Assembly: GCA_039096935.1 (NCBI GenBank)
Contig: JBBPEE010000035.1
Coordinates: 124,001-188,000, forward strand
Length of the DNA stretch: 64,000 nt
Direction of reading: 5' to 3'
From: Blastocystis sp. ATCC 50177/Nand II
Taxonomy: Eukaryota
Positions 34,780 through 53,079 of this stretch are shown here, one piece after another. The position numbers and the translations under genes are program-made. Below the pieces are notes generated by a model. It saw only the letters and a list, made by a program, of their open reading frames with translations. It searched no databases and was not told where the DNA came from. Each line of letters opens with the position of its first letter. The stretch's first letter is position 1.

Positions 34780-35806
34780 ATGCAGTCGATGGAGAAGGAT
34801 CAATTGCTACTCGAACCTATACACAATACATATGTCAAAATCGAGGAGGAGGGGGAGGAAGCCAATTCGTATCTGCGAAGTATCTATCAGTCCATGGAAA
34901 GTGGTTATCCTCACTCTACATTACGTGTAGATATCATTGTCAGTATAAAGAAGGGAGAAGAGGGAGTGAACGAAAAGTGTGCTGAAGTGAGGGCTCTGAT
35001 CGACCAAGTACGGAAATTCCTGCTTCCCTATGAAGTGAAAAGAGTGCTGGAAGTATTCGAGAGGAGATACGATGAGGAGTAGGACGTGAAGACGCTTCAA
35101 AGCGTGTGCAAACGCTGTTCACAAAAGGAGAAGAAGCTGCTCTTCTCGTCCCGGAATCGAAAGACGGCAGTAATTCAACCCGTGGTGAGAGTGGAACCCT
35201 CGACAGTAGAGCCGATTCCCATGTTGGCGTATGTACTCAGTGGAAGGAGTGGTGAGTGCGTGAACGTGAAGTGCGACGAGGATGTGGTGAATCTCGTCGA
35301 CCTGACATCCTGCGTTGTCATTATGTATGCTTGTAAGTAGAGCGCAATGAATAGATGTGAAACGAAGAAGAGTATTCATGTGAAGAACGTGAAGGAGTCC
35401 ATCGTACTGCTGCGCGATGTGAAGGGGAGTATCCTGGTGAACGATGCTGATAGTTGCATGTTCACTTCCCACTGCGAGCAGATCCGCATTCACAATTCGA
35501 AGAATACACTGTTTGCCCTCGCGATTCCAAATCATCCGATCATCGAGGATTGTTCCTCCCTCTTTTTTGCGGAAGACACCTCTGTATGGGATGGAGAAGC
35601 CCCGTGCAGAATAGCGGCTGTAATTGTATTTGTATGCATGTAACCGCTAGAATCTATACGATAAGGTGCTCGATTTCAAGTGGCTGAAACAGGAGCAGTC
35701 GCCAAATTGGAGCGTGTGTTCCATACATGATTTCCTCATCGCCCATTCGAGTCTGGATGGCTTGTGGCATAGTCATCAATGCAACACGCCTGTTTCACTT
35801 CTGTAG
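34780..35806 (+). CDS. TBCC: Tubulin-specific chaperone C (multi-exon)
   Basis: LLPYEVKR, beta-helix region VKGSILV...CEQIRIHNSKNT...PIIEDCSSLFFA, YDKVLDFKWLKQEQSPNW. Confidence 0.88.
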
Positions 35807-35945
35807 TCTGCTTCCTTGAGTTGTTTGTTGTCTGCACGATTTGTTTGTGTTACGTACGGAAAGAAAGGGGATTTGTGTGAAAGAGCATGTGATGAGAACC
35901 GCGGTTATTCCTTTCCGTACACAAAGAAAGCCGTTCTGAAAGGGA

Positions 35946-37179
35946 ATGAGACTCTGTTTTTCGTGCTCTTATGAAGAGAAGGAGGAGATCACGCCAGAGG
36001 ACTCTGTGGAGAATCTGAAATCGACAATAGCCAAGAAGAAGGGAATTGATACTCGATATGTGCACCTAATTCACAAGGGGAGGGTTCTACACAACGGAAA
36101 GCGGTTGGCTGACTATGGTACGACAGTATTCGCGGTTTTGATTGGTAGGTGTTGCATCGGACTCATTAATTCATGTCGTTACTTCTAAGCCGAAGGCGTC
36201 TTCCGGCTTTGTCCCGTCTCCTCGAAAAGAGGAGGATGGTGTTTCAGTCGAGTCGCCAATATGCCAGGATGCCCAAAAGAAAGTGGCTGAGAATGGCGTG
36301 CAGGAGGGTGATGATTATGGGGAAACCATGATTGCTTCGATCATTACCCACGTGTTCGGCGACATAGTTGATTACGCCAAAGAGAACGGCAGCATCGTGG
36401 TGAACACGAAGAGTATTACGGACTTTCTGACCTCCGAGCCCGGCATTGTGAAAACAGCGCTGCAAACGCCCCTGTTGCAAGACCTGCTCAGCGACACCAC
36501 GTGCGTGAGGCAGTTGCTGCTGTCCAACTCCACCATTTCGCAGCTGATCGTCAATAATCCCGGATTGAAGGACTTCATCGACCGCGACGACAAGCTGCGG
36601 GAGCTGACGGAGGCCATCTCCGACACGACCAACTTCTGCGATTTCAAGCACCTCCAGCAGATCATCATTCAAAAGGTGGAGCACGCGATTGGGAACCAGC
36701 TGCGCTTTGGCGACTCCACTGTAGTGATGTTTGCTGTCGCTGAGGTTTAGTCCCAAACCCCTTCCACGCCGACATCACCCAATCCGTCTCCGTGTACCAT
36801 AAACGAGCCTCCGCCCCAGAAGGAGGACCTGCCGTCGCCGATAACGGCTCCGAATCTGTGGAACGGGACGTCTGAGGAGAATCGCGATCGTCGTGATGGT
36901 AACCCTTTAATCCAAGCGTCATTCGCAGATCACATTGCCTTGCTGTGCCAACTCATCGCCCACCGTCCGGACGTCGTGCGTGCCGTGGCTGCTGCTGCTG
37001 GCTATGACGCGTAGTTCATGAAGCGAACACCCATCTACAAGCGCATCGCCAAGAGCCGACCGGAGCTGCTGGACGACCTGCTGAAGCCCGAGCGCATCCG
37101 ACTGATGGGCAAGCCGGAGGTGATTCGCGCGCTGATCAAGGTGGACAAGGCGTTGCAGAAAGCCATTCGCAAGTCATAA
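35946..37179 (+). CDS. Ubiquitin-like domain protein (ubiquilin/DSK2-like)
   Basis: SVENLKSTIA...LIHKGRVLHNGKRLADY|GVASDSLIHVV; STI1-like segments (QLLLSNSTISQLIVNNPGL); no UBA seen. Confidence 0.65.
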
Positions 37180-37191
37180 CTCGTGAGTGTC

Positions 37192-37203
37192 AACAAACCC
37201 GCA

Positions 37204-37205
<2 letters not shown>
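37192..37205 (-). terminator. Poly(A) signal GGTTTGTT with incomplete stop TA
   Basis: Minus strand CAG TCA TA|TGCG GGTTTGTT. Confidence 0.75.
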
Positions 37206-41239
<4,034 letters not shown>

Positions 41240-41329
41240 GGGAATCGCAGTTTCTGCCTGCCAGCCTCTTTTTGGCGGGGTGCTTGAACGAAGTCGGGCG
41301 TTTCGTTCTCGCTTTCGTATCAAAAAACG

Positions 41330-41985
41330 ATGGCATTCCATTACTATCAAAGCCAATCTCACAGGAAATCGGCGAGTTCGGACGCGGACTCGGAGATGGG
41401 AGTAGGCTTTTCCTTCTATGGCTCGTAATTGCGGTTTAGATCAATGAGAGTGCCTTCTCGTTTCTGTTTTCGGAATTCATCAGCTACGAGAAACGGAGAG
41501 TATCGAGCAGCGCCGAACTTGAACAAAAGTGAGAGGACTGCAGTTTTCGGTGATGAGGTAGAATGGATCAAGCGGGATTTGAGGTTGGATTCAAGATTCT
41601 CGAGTCGTTGTATCCGCGCGTGAAGCCGGGACGGAGGCCCACCAAACTGATGGACGTCCTGCAGTTCATCAGCTCTCCCTGCTGGAATCACCTCTTTGGA
41701 AGGACGATCGATTCGCTGGAAAAGGGTACGGATAACGACAATGAGTACATCCTCACGGACTACCAGCCTCTCTGCAGCAAGTTTATTTCCGTTCCGAAGG
41801 TACATGCCGTGAGTGATGCTGATACCTAGGAACTCGGAGAGTTCAGTTGCTGCTCATTTGTGGGAGGCATCATCCGTGGTATCATGTCGGGCGCTGGTTT
41901 TCCATGTTCAGTGACTGCCTATGATATGAAGGACGAGGAGAAGGAGGGCTATGCTCTATACCTGATTCGTTTAGAGAGTTCTTAA
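41330..41985 (+). CDS. TRAPPC5: TRAPP complex subunit Trs31/TRAPPC5 (4 exons)
   Basis: SAFSFLFSEFISY, GFEVGFKILE, LQFISSPCWNHLFGRTIDSLEK, FISVPK|ELGEFSCCSFVGGIIRGIM. Confidence 0.88.
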
Positions 41986-42060
41986 GTTGTATCATGTTGT
42001 TCCGTGGTTGTTGAACACACTCTGAGTGACGGTGGGAGGAATCACTCTCCTGTTCTGAGC

Positions 42061-43201
42061 ATGAAGCGCAGTATGGAAATGAATCGAAGATTGATGGATA
42101 GAACGGGAGGGCAGTCATAATGGTGAAGAGTATCGGCATTGGAGGGTTGGAGTGATTCCGAAGAGATGCATCAAAGCGAAATGCTGAATCAACAAGGGAT
42201 AAGGATGTCATCCGTTCTGTACTGGAAAACAAGGGGAATCAGGAATAGGCGCTCCAATTCCTCTATTCGAAGAAACACATTGTAGTCATAATGGGTGCGG
42301 GAGTGAGTGTGGATGCTGGAATTCCTGACTTCCGATCGAAGGTATTCAGCGTTCTTTGCCTCTGAGCATCAGAATGGCTTCTTTGACCGGATCAAGCATA
42401 CACTCCCTCCGCACTATTCTCCTGAAGACGTTTTCGACATTTCCGTCTTCAAGGAGAATCCCTCTCTCTTTTACTCCTGCATCCAGTCCCTTTCATTAAG
42501 TGAGTCTGCCATTTTCTAGTTTAGGATAGATGAGTTTCGCCCTTCCGTGACCCATCTGTGGCTGAAGGCCATGCAAGCCAAGTTCCACAACATCCAACAC
42601 ATATTCACACAGAACATCGACGGACTGGAGAGTTGCATCGACTGCCCTATCACCAAACTTCATGGTTCTCTCCATCAGGGTCATTGTCTCCGGTGTGGGT
42701 ATTCCCTCTTCATCTCATTCACATACAGAAAGAGCATCGACTCTTCTCTCCTCCAGCAGGCCTATCGTTCTGGAAACGTGCTGCATTGCCCATGTGGGGG
42801 TGTAGTGAAACCCGACATTGTATTCTACAACGAGTGCGTGGACAGTACGTCCATGGAGCGGATGAAGCAAGCATCTGTAGTCTGCGACTTGCTTCTCATT
42901 TTGGGCACATCACTGTCGACACATCCAGTTTCGGAGTGCGTTCGGCTTTTTGACCACTGCGATCTGTTGGTGCTGAATCAATCGAACATTCAAATCCCCG
43001 AGCGAGGTGATGGTGTGAAGACCGTTCAGATCCTTGGCTCCTTCCGGGAGCTGTTTGGAGAAGATGGTGACGCGCTGACGGAGCCGGAGCCTCTGAAAGA
43101 CAAGTGCGTGTATGTATTATCCGTTGCCATTCCGAAACGGTGTAACCCTTAGAGCGGCATCCTCCAGAAGAGAAAGTACTTGAACTCCTGGACAATCGTG
43201 T
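42061..43201 (+). CDS. Sir2-family NAD-dependent deacylase (multi-exon)
   Basis: GAGVSVDAGIPDFRS, FTQNIDGLE, HGS, CxxC...CPC, VKPDIVF, GTSL; last exon predicted to end T|TGTG TGTTTGTT. Confidence 0.9.
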
Positions 43202-43213
43202 TGTGTGTTTGTT
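43201..43213 (+). terminator. Poly(A) signal TGTTTGTT with incomplete stop T (if intron 43114-43152 is spliced)
   Basis: ATC GTG T|TGTG TGTTTGTT. Confidence 0.55.
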
Positions 43214-43231
43214 TCCTCACAACTGCCGCTC

Positions 43232-44258
43232 ATGATCCCCAGAATCGGAGAGGTGATGTTGAATAAACTCATTTCTGCCTTTCTGTACTTGCCTCCACGA
43301 TGCACCTACTGCACAAACGATCCCCTTTTTCGAGGCAGTTTCTTTGAAATGTGAATGGCTCGAATCCTCCCTTCATCGTAGTAAGGACTCGGCAGGGAAC
43401 TGCATCCCATGCGTGTATGTGAAGGCGTCGAGCCAATCGCGCTATACTGTGCTGTACAGCCATGCAAATGCAGAGGACATTGGAAATCTGTTTCTCTTCC
43501 ACTCCATTTCGATGACGAGTAGAATGGGCTTCTTCCTGTGGATGTCGAAGCATCTGTTTGTAGATGTGATCGGATACGACTATCCGGGATATGGACTGTG
43601 TGGGTATGCTGTATAAAATGAAATTGACGTGCAGAGGGACTCCCAACGAGAAATCGGTCCAAGCCTGCGCCTGCACCGTTCTAAACTACATGATCGACAC
43701 CATGGGGATTGGGAACAACCAAATCATTCTGTATCTTCTCCATTCGCCTCTGAATTCTAGTTACGGCCATTCATTAGGAAGCGCCGTAAGTGCCTACTTG
43801 GCTGTCTACGCGTCAAAGACGCGTTCCAGAGGAGTGGCAGGCGTCGTTCTCCAAGTCCTTCCCTCGCCTTCCCCTCATCTCCAGAGTTGCTTCATGTCCA
43901 TCTACCGACTGGTCTTCGACTTGCGATTCAGCGCAAAGCGCGACCTCTACGAGACCGTGGACATCGTATTCCTTTCATCTCCGCTTCTCCGTAGATCAAG
44001 GACATCAGCAGCCCCGTCACGTTCATCCACGGCATGTGCGACTGCGTCGTGCCCTTGTCCCATCCGAAGGCGCTCTTCACGCTCGTTCCGGAGGATCTGC
44101 GGTACAAGTGTCTGTTTGTGGTGGGAGTGGGTTGTACACGTCAGACGTAGCCCGCCGCCGGTCATAACAACATCGAGCTGTTTTGCACGCCCCGATCCCT
44201 GTTCGCAAACCACCTGCTTAATTTCCTTGTGGCGATGGAGCACGCGCCTGATTTTTAG
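43232..44258 (+). CDS. Alpha/beta hydrolase, ABHD17/ABHD13-like (multi-exon)
   Basis: TVLYSHANAEDIG, YDYPGYG, YGHSLGS nucleophile elbow, FIHGMCDCVVP, GHNNIE. Confidence 0.85.
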
Positions 44259-44584
44259 ACCTTTGTTAGCCTACGGGAAGAGCAGGGGCAGAGCCTTCAG
44301 TGCCTAGTGGGTGTTTAGGAACTTAGTTGCTTTGGATTGTTTGTTAACCGCCTCAGTCAACCACTCTTTATGACCCGTTCCCTTCACACGGTTTCGTTTC
44401 TGGATAGAGCTGGAAAAATTCACTGTTCCTGCTTTTACGATCACAAGTGGGTCTAATAAAGCCAGAAACCGACTGGTATTTCGTTCTCAGTTTATTAGAC
44501 TATAACAAGTCTTATTTCCTTTATCGACTGTTGTTTTGGTAGATTCACTTCTGTGCCTTTACAAGCTAGAATCCGATACAAAGA

Positions 44585-47500
44585 ATGCCTAAGAATGGGA
44601 TTGGAGCGTATACCCTGCTTTACATGCGTAACGAATAGCGGAAAGAAGCCCCGCATGCGATCTGACCTGATGAACACCGGGGGCCTCGTAATTGCCACTT
44701 TCAACAGAGGTGCTTTTCTGTGTAATTCCTTATGGATAGACAGACCGATCCCACGCAGTAACGAGATCGAGGTGGACTCCTGGGTCTCCCACGTTCCGAT
44801 GGCCGTTTTTGTTGTTGTAATGGTTTCAAGTATAGTTTTGCAAGACACCGAAACGTCCTCGTGGATTGGGAAGACGGGCGAAGAGCAATAGGGAGAATAC
44901 CGCCTCCATTAAGGTGATTCCTGGAACCGAGTCGGTAACCCAGGACTTACATCTACCGACCCTGGAGAACCTGAGTTCTTTTGTGGGCCACTCGCTCCTT
45001 GTACTGATGGGTAGGAGCTTCCTGCGTTGGAAGAATACTACCCTCTGTGGTGCAAGGGCGTCGTGAGCACGATCAACCATCGTATCAACAACACGTCCTC
45101 ACGCGCGTGCAATCTCAGCAATGTGGTCGTGTACTGCAACCGTATTATCGAGGCTGCGGGCATCATTGCGATGCAGGACCTGCCCGCTGCGAAATCGCTG
45201 GATATCGGTGAATCGTTGATGGAGGTCGTTTTCCAGGAGGTATTCGTCTTTTGCTCTTCCCACACCTAGCTCTCGATGATCCAATACGAGATCCAGCGCA
45301 ACTGCTCCGAAGACGACATTGCCCAATTGGCCTCCTTCCTCGAGTACCCCACTCCATTCCATTCCACCCTAGCGACCGCGCCAAGACCCTCTCCGAGCTG
45401 CGCGACACGCTGCACAAGAAGTACAACATCGTGCTGGACGCCAACTGGATGGCGGCGGCTCTGGGCTCCGACGGTGCGTTCACCCTTCCCCTCTCACGCC
45501 TAGTGAAGGACCGCTACGAAGTCTTCCTCTTCCAGTGCGCCTGGCTGCTGCTGGGCCTCGTGATACTCAAGCGCGAGGCCAAGCCCCGTGGCCTCTTCTC
45601 CCCCTTCTCACACACAGGCGCCGAGCTGCTGCGTGACGTGTCGTGGTGCTTCCAGTACGCGTTCCTCCTGCACCGCGGATTCGGCCGTGCGCGCGCCTAT
45701 CTGGGCGGCGTGTACGCGATGAAGGAGAGCTTCCTGGACTCGGTGTACTACAACATGAGCAGCATGGTGAGCGACCTGCCGTACGAGACGCGCGAGTCGC
45801 TGGAGTACGTGTTCGGGCTGTGCTCGCAGCAGCAGCACGCCTTGGAGCAGGAGGTGCGCGGCCGCAGCGCGGAGGAGCAGGACGCGGTCTGCGTGCGGCT
45901 GTTCGGCCTGCGCTTCCTGAACGTGATCCGCTGTCTGTGGACGAACGTGCGCGCGGCGGCGGTGGGTGAGGCATAGATCAATCTGGACGTGGTGCCGCAG
46001 TACGCCGTGCGACTGTCCTTCTCGATGCGCCAGCTGCTGGCGCGGTGGGAGAAGGACGAGCTGAAGTATATCCTGAGACGCCGTGCGCTGGGTTCCTTAA
46101 CGCCAGTCAACGGCTGCATCCTGCAGCGTATGATGACGGTGCTGCTGATGGTGATCTCCGTCCTGCTCAACGACCCCCAGCGCAAGAAGGAGGACATGAC
46201 CGAGCCGCACGTGATCGTCGTTTCCAACCGCGACACGCGTGCGGCTCTGCGTGCGGTGTGACGCCCAGAGAACATCCGCGTGTACATCGCCGTGCAGGTG
46301 CTCTATCAGTTCCTCTCGACGCTCTGCGTGTGCTACTGCAGCAGCCCCGTGCACGCCAAGGACATCCTGCCCGCCATCGTGTTGGGTCTGCACTTCCTCG
46401 TGTTGAACAATTCCCTCCTCCTGATGAGCTACGAGCCCAGCGAGACCATGGACAAGCCCGCGATGGCCTTCGCCGCCGCCTGCGCGCCCTTCTTCTCGCT
46501 GTTCCGCGAGGCCACCGTGGTGGAGTGCGCGGCGACGGTGGACGAGGCGGACCTCTCTGCGGTGAACGAGGAGTACTTTGACTGCGCGGGCGTGGCCATT
46601 CTGGGCGACATTCTGGTGAGCGAATCGGTGGGGTGTGAGTCGTAGTTGTCTGCACTGCCGACACGGGAAATGACGAGCCATGCCAGTATGGACTCCGTGA
46701 AGAGCTCTGTGCGTGCTTCGTTCATCACGTACGCGCTGAGCATCCTGATGGGCTACGGGCTGCTGGAGGACCGCAACGGCGAGATCCGCGGCGTGGGCGA
46801 GGCCGCCAGTCTGGAGGAGATCGCGGGCGGCGACGAGGGTCTGGAGCTGGGCGACGTGGCGGCGCCCGCGGGCCAGGACCCCGTGTTCCTCGTGCAGCGA
46901 GAGGCGGCCTCGTCGGATGAGTCGGACGAGTCGGATGAGGGAGAGGCGGCGAAGGAGCCTGTGAAGGAGCCTGTGAAGGAGCCTGTGAAGGAGCCTGCGA
47001 AGGAAGCGGTGGGCAAGCCGAGACGTGTGGTGATGTCGGACTCGGACTCCGATTCGGACTCCGATTCGGACTCCGAGGCGGATGAGAGAGCGGCGAAGGG
47101 AGAGAAGCTGACGAAGGAGCAGAAGATCAAGAAGGAGGCGCGGTACCTGCTGAAGCGCCAGAGGAAGAACGGCCGCTCGGTGGCGTACCTGGGCGCGAGG
47201 ATCGACCCGCGCTGGCTGATCGTGATCGACGGGTACAACGTGGCACGCAACCTGAACAAGGACCGCTTCGACGCGAAGTGCATTCAGATGGCAGTGGAGT
47301 ACTTCGAGAAGCTGGGCTGCCGCGCGTACGCGGTCACGCACGACTTCTTGGAGAGCACGAACAAGAAGGGAACGATGATCATCACCAAGAAGGACCAGGA
47401 GCTGCTGAAGGCAATGAGACAGAAGAAGCAGGTGTACGTGGTGCCGGGCCAGGCCTACGATGACTCGTATGTCGTGAAGACGGCGATGGAGGAAAATGGG

Positions 47501-47674
47501 CTGATCGTGACGAACGACAACTACAAGGACTTCAGCGACAACAAGCACTTCACCGTGGACATGGACCTGCTGCGCAGCCGACTGATCTCCTTCAGCTTCG
47601 TGGGCGACAAGTTCCGCATGAACCCGGAGTTCGAGTGCCCCACCTACCCCGACGACTTTACCGACGACGAGTGA
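44585..47674 (+). CDS. EST1/SMG6-like protein with a C-terminal Regnase-type NYN nuclease (Smg6L-like, multi-exon)
   Basis: EST1-like segment FQYAFLLHRGFGRARAYLG...LDSVYYNMSSMVSDLPYETRESLEYVF; NYN motifs VIDGYNVA, YDDSYVV, GLIVTNDNYKD, RLISFSFVGDKF; 5' exons less certain. Confidence 0.75.
46068..46106 (+). other. Candidate U12-type AT-AG intron (39 nt)
   Basis: ATATCCT 5' splice site and perfect TTCCTTAAC branch site (46093-46101); the AG at 46105-46106 keeps the GC3-rich frame. Confidence 0.65.
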
Positions 47675-48060
47675 AGCGGTTCATGTGTACATCACGATAC
47701 TACTCTATGACGGATTGTGCGTGAAGACTGCAGTGTAGTATGTGTATACACTGTCTGTTTGTTGACTACTGCCTTTTGGAGATGTATGTGTCTCTCGACT
47801 TGGGAATTCAAATTGGGTGATGCCTCTGGTCTTCCCAGTTCATTCGTACCAGAAACGCTCCAATCGATGGAATGAATGCAACTCGGCTCTATGCTTTCCA
47901 ATAAACAAAAAATGCGTCTGTACACACGAATCGCAGCAAATTCTATTCCCATTCTCGGAAGATGGTTTGTGTAAAAGACAACGCGGCAATAGTTTGGACC
48001 TGTACGGTGGGACGACATAAACGAGCCACTATTCTTTGTCTCAAAAAAACGCTATCTAGA

Positions 48061-48792
48061 ATGAACCAGTTCTTTGTTTTTGCTACTATCCTTGCCGTTG
48101 CGCTCTGTGGATGTGCGTTCTGCGGTTTGTTGCTCACGGTGTAGCCTGCGGTACTTACACCAACGAGTGCGGTTCTTCGTTCGTGAGCAAGTACAGTGGC
48201 AGAAGCACTGCCTATGTTAGCTGCAGCCTGAACGGTTATGTGAGCGGTGTGGAGATCAAGCAGAACGTGTACCCCCAGAGCGGATGCAAGGGCGACTCCA
48301 TGTTCATCTTCAGAAACACCTATAAGACCACCAAGAAGGCTGATGCCACCGACAAGCGTATGAGCCGTGTTCAGATAGTGACTCCTAGTGAACGCTCAGT
48401 ATGACGCTCTGCTCGAGAAGATGACGGTGAAGAGCAACAACGTGAACGCCATCAAGGAGCTCTATCTTACTTGCTCCCCCGAGATGAAGGAGGGCAAGAC
48501 CTACAACATCCAGGACATCTCCTGCACGCTCCTGACGGTCGACCTGTTCGCCGGCTGGAAGTCCTCTGTCGGCAAGACCTCCGACATGTCCATCAAGTTC
48601 GAGGGAAAGAAGATGACCATGGTGGGCAGCTTCTCGGGTGAGCTGAACAAGTCCAGCAGCTTCTGGGGCTGCTTCCAGGTGTGGAGTCTGATTCTCCTCA
48701 TCGTGGTTGTGATTATCGTGATTGTGGTCATTGTGCTCGTTTCTATGAAGTGCTGCTGCTCCAAGAAACTGCCCAAGAAGAGCAAGAAGTAA
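48061..48792 (+). CDS. Type I membrane/surface protein of unknown family (3 exons)
   Basis: Signal peptide MNQFFVFATILAVALCG, Cys-containing ectodomain, TM LILLIVVVIIVIVVIVLV, cytosolic KCCCSKKLPKKSKK*. Confidence 0.75.
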
Positions 48793-48829
48793 ATGTGCTT
48801 CTTGATCGCTTTGTTTCACACGCCTGAGC

Positions 48830-48842
48830 AACAAACAGGCCA
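48830..48842 (-). terminator. Poly(A) signal TGTTTGTT with incomplete stop T
   Basis: Minus strand TAC CAG T|GGCC TGTTTGTT. Confidence 0.8.
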
Positions 48843-50871
48843 CTGGTACATGGCATCAATCTCCTTCGCGTAGTGCTCCTGCACCACGGCTCTCCTCAGC
48901 TTCATCGTGGCCGTCAGCTCGCCGCGACCGATCGTAAACTCCTCCGGCAGAATGCACCACTTGCGAATCTGCTGGGCGCGGCTCACCGCCACCTCGTTGT
49001 ACTTCTCCACTACGCCGTCGATGTAGGCCTTCACCTTCTCGTCGGTCATCGCCTGCTCGATCGTCTCCGCGGTCGATCCCATCGTCTTCAGGAATCGCTT
49101 CACGTCGGGCGCCAGTCTGTGTGTGGACTCTCCGTCGGGCGTCATTTCGCAGCGAATGCAGATGAGGAGGGAGATAAACTTGCGCTTGTCGCCAATCGCG
49201 ACGCAGGAGCTGAAAATGGAGCTGAGCTCCATCACCTTGTTCTCGATGATCACCGGGGAGATGTTCTCGCCTCCGGCCGTCACGATCAGCTCCTTGATTC
49301 GGCCGGTCACCTTCAGGAAGCCGTCGCTGTCCTTCACGCCCTGATCGCCCGTGTGGATCCAGCCCTCGCTGTCCAGCGTGCGCAGCGTGTCCTGCGGCAG
49401 CTTCAGGTAGCCCATCATGGTGTTGCGGCCCTTGTACATGATTTCGTTGTTCTGGGGGTCCACACGGATCTCGATTCCGGGCATGGGAAGACCGACGGTG
49501 CCGATCTACGCATCATCCGTGTTGGACGTCACTACCTTCCACCGCTGCTCCACGGGCGAGCAGGTGGCGACGGGCGCCGTTGCCTCGCTCTGGCCGAGGA
49601 GGTCATAAATGGGCATGTCAAACGCGGCGAAGAAGCGCAGTGTCTCCTCCGTCACCGGCGCAGCACTCACGACGAGCGTGCGGCACCTACGCGTAATCTC
49701 CTTCCCTCGCGCCCACTCGTCGAGTCCCAGGCCCTGGCGCACCTTGTCGAACACGAGCTTCTTCGCCAGTCCGTACAGCCAGGGCTTCTTGAAGGTGCAG
49801 CCGTACTGGCGCGTCATCGCCGTGCGGTATCCCACGCGGCGCGCCCACGCGGCGATGCGCTTCTTCAGCCCGGAGTTCTTGGCGCCGGTGGCCACCACGC
49901 CGTCCATCATCTTCTCGTAGACGCGCGGCACGGCCACGAACACCGTGGGCTTGGCCTTCTTCATGGTGGCGGTCAGCGTGCCGCGCAGCGCGTCGGGCGC
50001 CGCCATGTAGACGGTAATGGGGTGGCAGAGGAAGATCATCGCGTCGACGTACTGCGCCGCCACGTGGTTGAGCGGCAGGTAGCCCACGACGCGCTCGTTG
50101 CCCTGCAGGCCGATGGTGGAGACGATGGCGCGCGCGTTGTAGGTGCAGGCGTCGTGCGAGCACATCACACCCTTCGGGTCGCCGGTGGTGCCGGAGGTGT
50201 AGATGAGCGTGGCGCAGCTGCCCGGCTGCGTGCCGGCGATCGCCGCGTCCACCTGCGCGTCGGGCACCGAAGCACCCAGCTTCAAAAAGTCCTCCCACTT
50301 GTAGAGGCGCGCGAAGGCGTCGTCCTTCACAGCGGGAAGCTCCTCGTCCGCCCAGTACACCACGATGGCCTTCAGCAGCGGCAGGCTCTCGCGGATGGAC
50401 AGGATCTTGGTGAGCTGCTTGCCCGACTGGCACACGCACACCACCGCCTCCGAGTGCTTCAGCACGTAGCAGCAGGCCAGCTCGTTGTTGGTCGTGTAGA
50501 TGCCCGCCGTCACGCCGTCCGCCATCCACGTGCCGTGCAGCGCGAAGTGGTACTCGGGAGAGTTGAATCCGATGATGCCCACGGCATCTTTGGGATGGAA
50601 GCCAATGTGCAGCAGCGCCTTGGAAAAGGCGAGAGCATTGTTGTAGTAGTCAGTATACGAATACACGACGTCGTCCTTGCTGACGATGGCGGGGAAGGAT
50701 CCCCTCTCTTTGCAACAACGCTTGAATTCCTACGGCTGAAAGGCATATTGGGTAGCGTACTTTGGGGAGTGTGGTCGGTTCCGGGTTGAAGGAGCAGTTT
50801 GTGTTGCGGCGGATTTCAATCAAGTCCGTTTTGTTCACGGCTCTGTACTTGTCTGGAAGCGTCGTTTCCAT
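48842..50871 (-). CDS. Long-chain acyl-CoA synthetase (ACSBG/bubblegum-like); poly(A)-completed stop
   Basis: LIYTSGTTGDPKGVMCSHD, YLPLNHVAAQ, AVPRVYEK, GWIHTGD, GRIKELIVTAGGENI, GELTATMKLRR, EIDAMY. Confidence 0.93.
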
Positions 50872-51284
50872 TTCCACGGCGTTTGCAAATTGTTTTGTGG
50901 TGTGTCCCTCCCCGCGTGCACGACGTTGCCTCTTACGTTGCTCGAAAATCGGGACCAGACGGACCGAAATGTCCCAAAGGCTTCTTCATCGGAAGAGGAG
51001 CCACCTCTTCCCCAATCCCCCTTTGTTTCCACCTTCTCGTCACTGGAATAACCACATACACAATAGCAACAATGCGGTGAATCATGATGAAAACAACACA
51101 TTAACCACCTTCATGCGCATACACTCATGGAGGAGAAAGGAACAAAGACAGGGAACAGTTCAATGCACTCCGGAAATAGTGCCGATTTTTGCACACTCTT
51201 TGTTGCGTTCTTTCTCTACAAGCAGTCAGTAGAAACCGTTTTTCGTAATTCCATCGTCTCTTTTCATGTGATACGTAGAGAGTC

Positions 51285-52987
<1,703 letters not shown>

Positions 52988-53079
52988 TGTATAATACTAC
53001 GCTTGTTTGTTTTGCTACGGGCGAGCTGTTTCCCTTTGATGGGGTCAGTTCTCTTCGTTTGGCCCCTCTCATTATTCCG

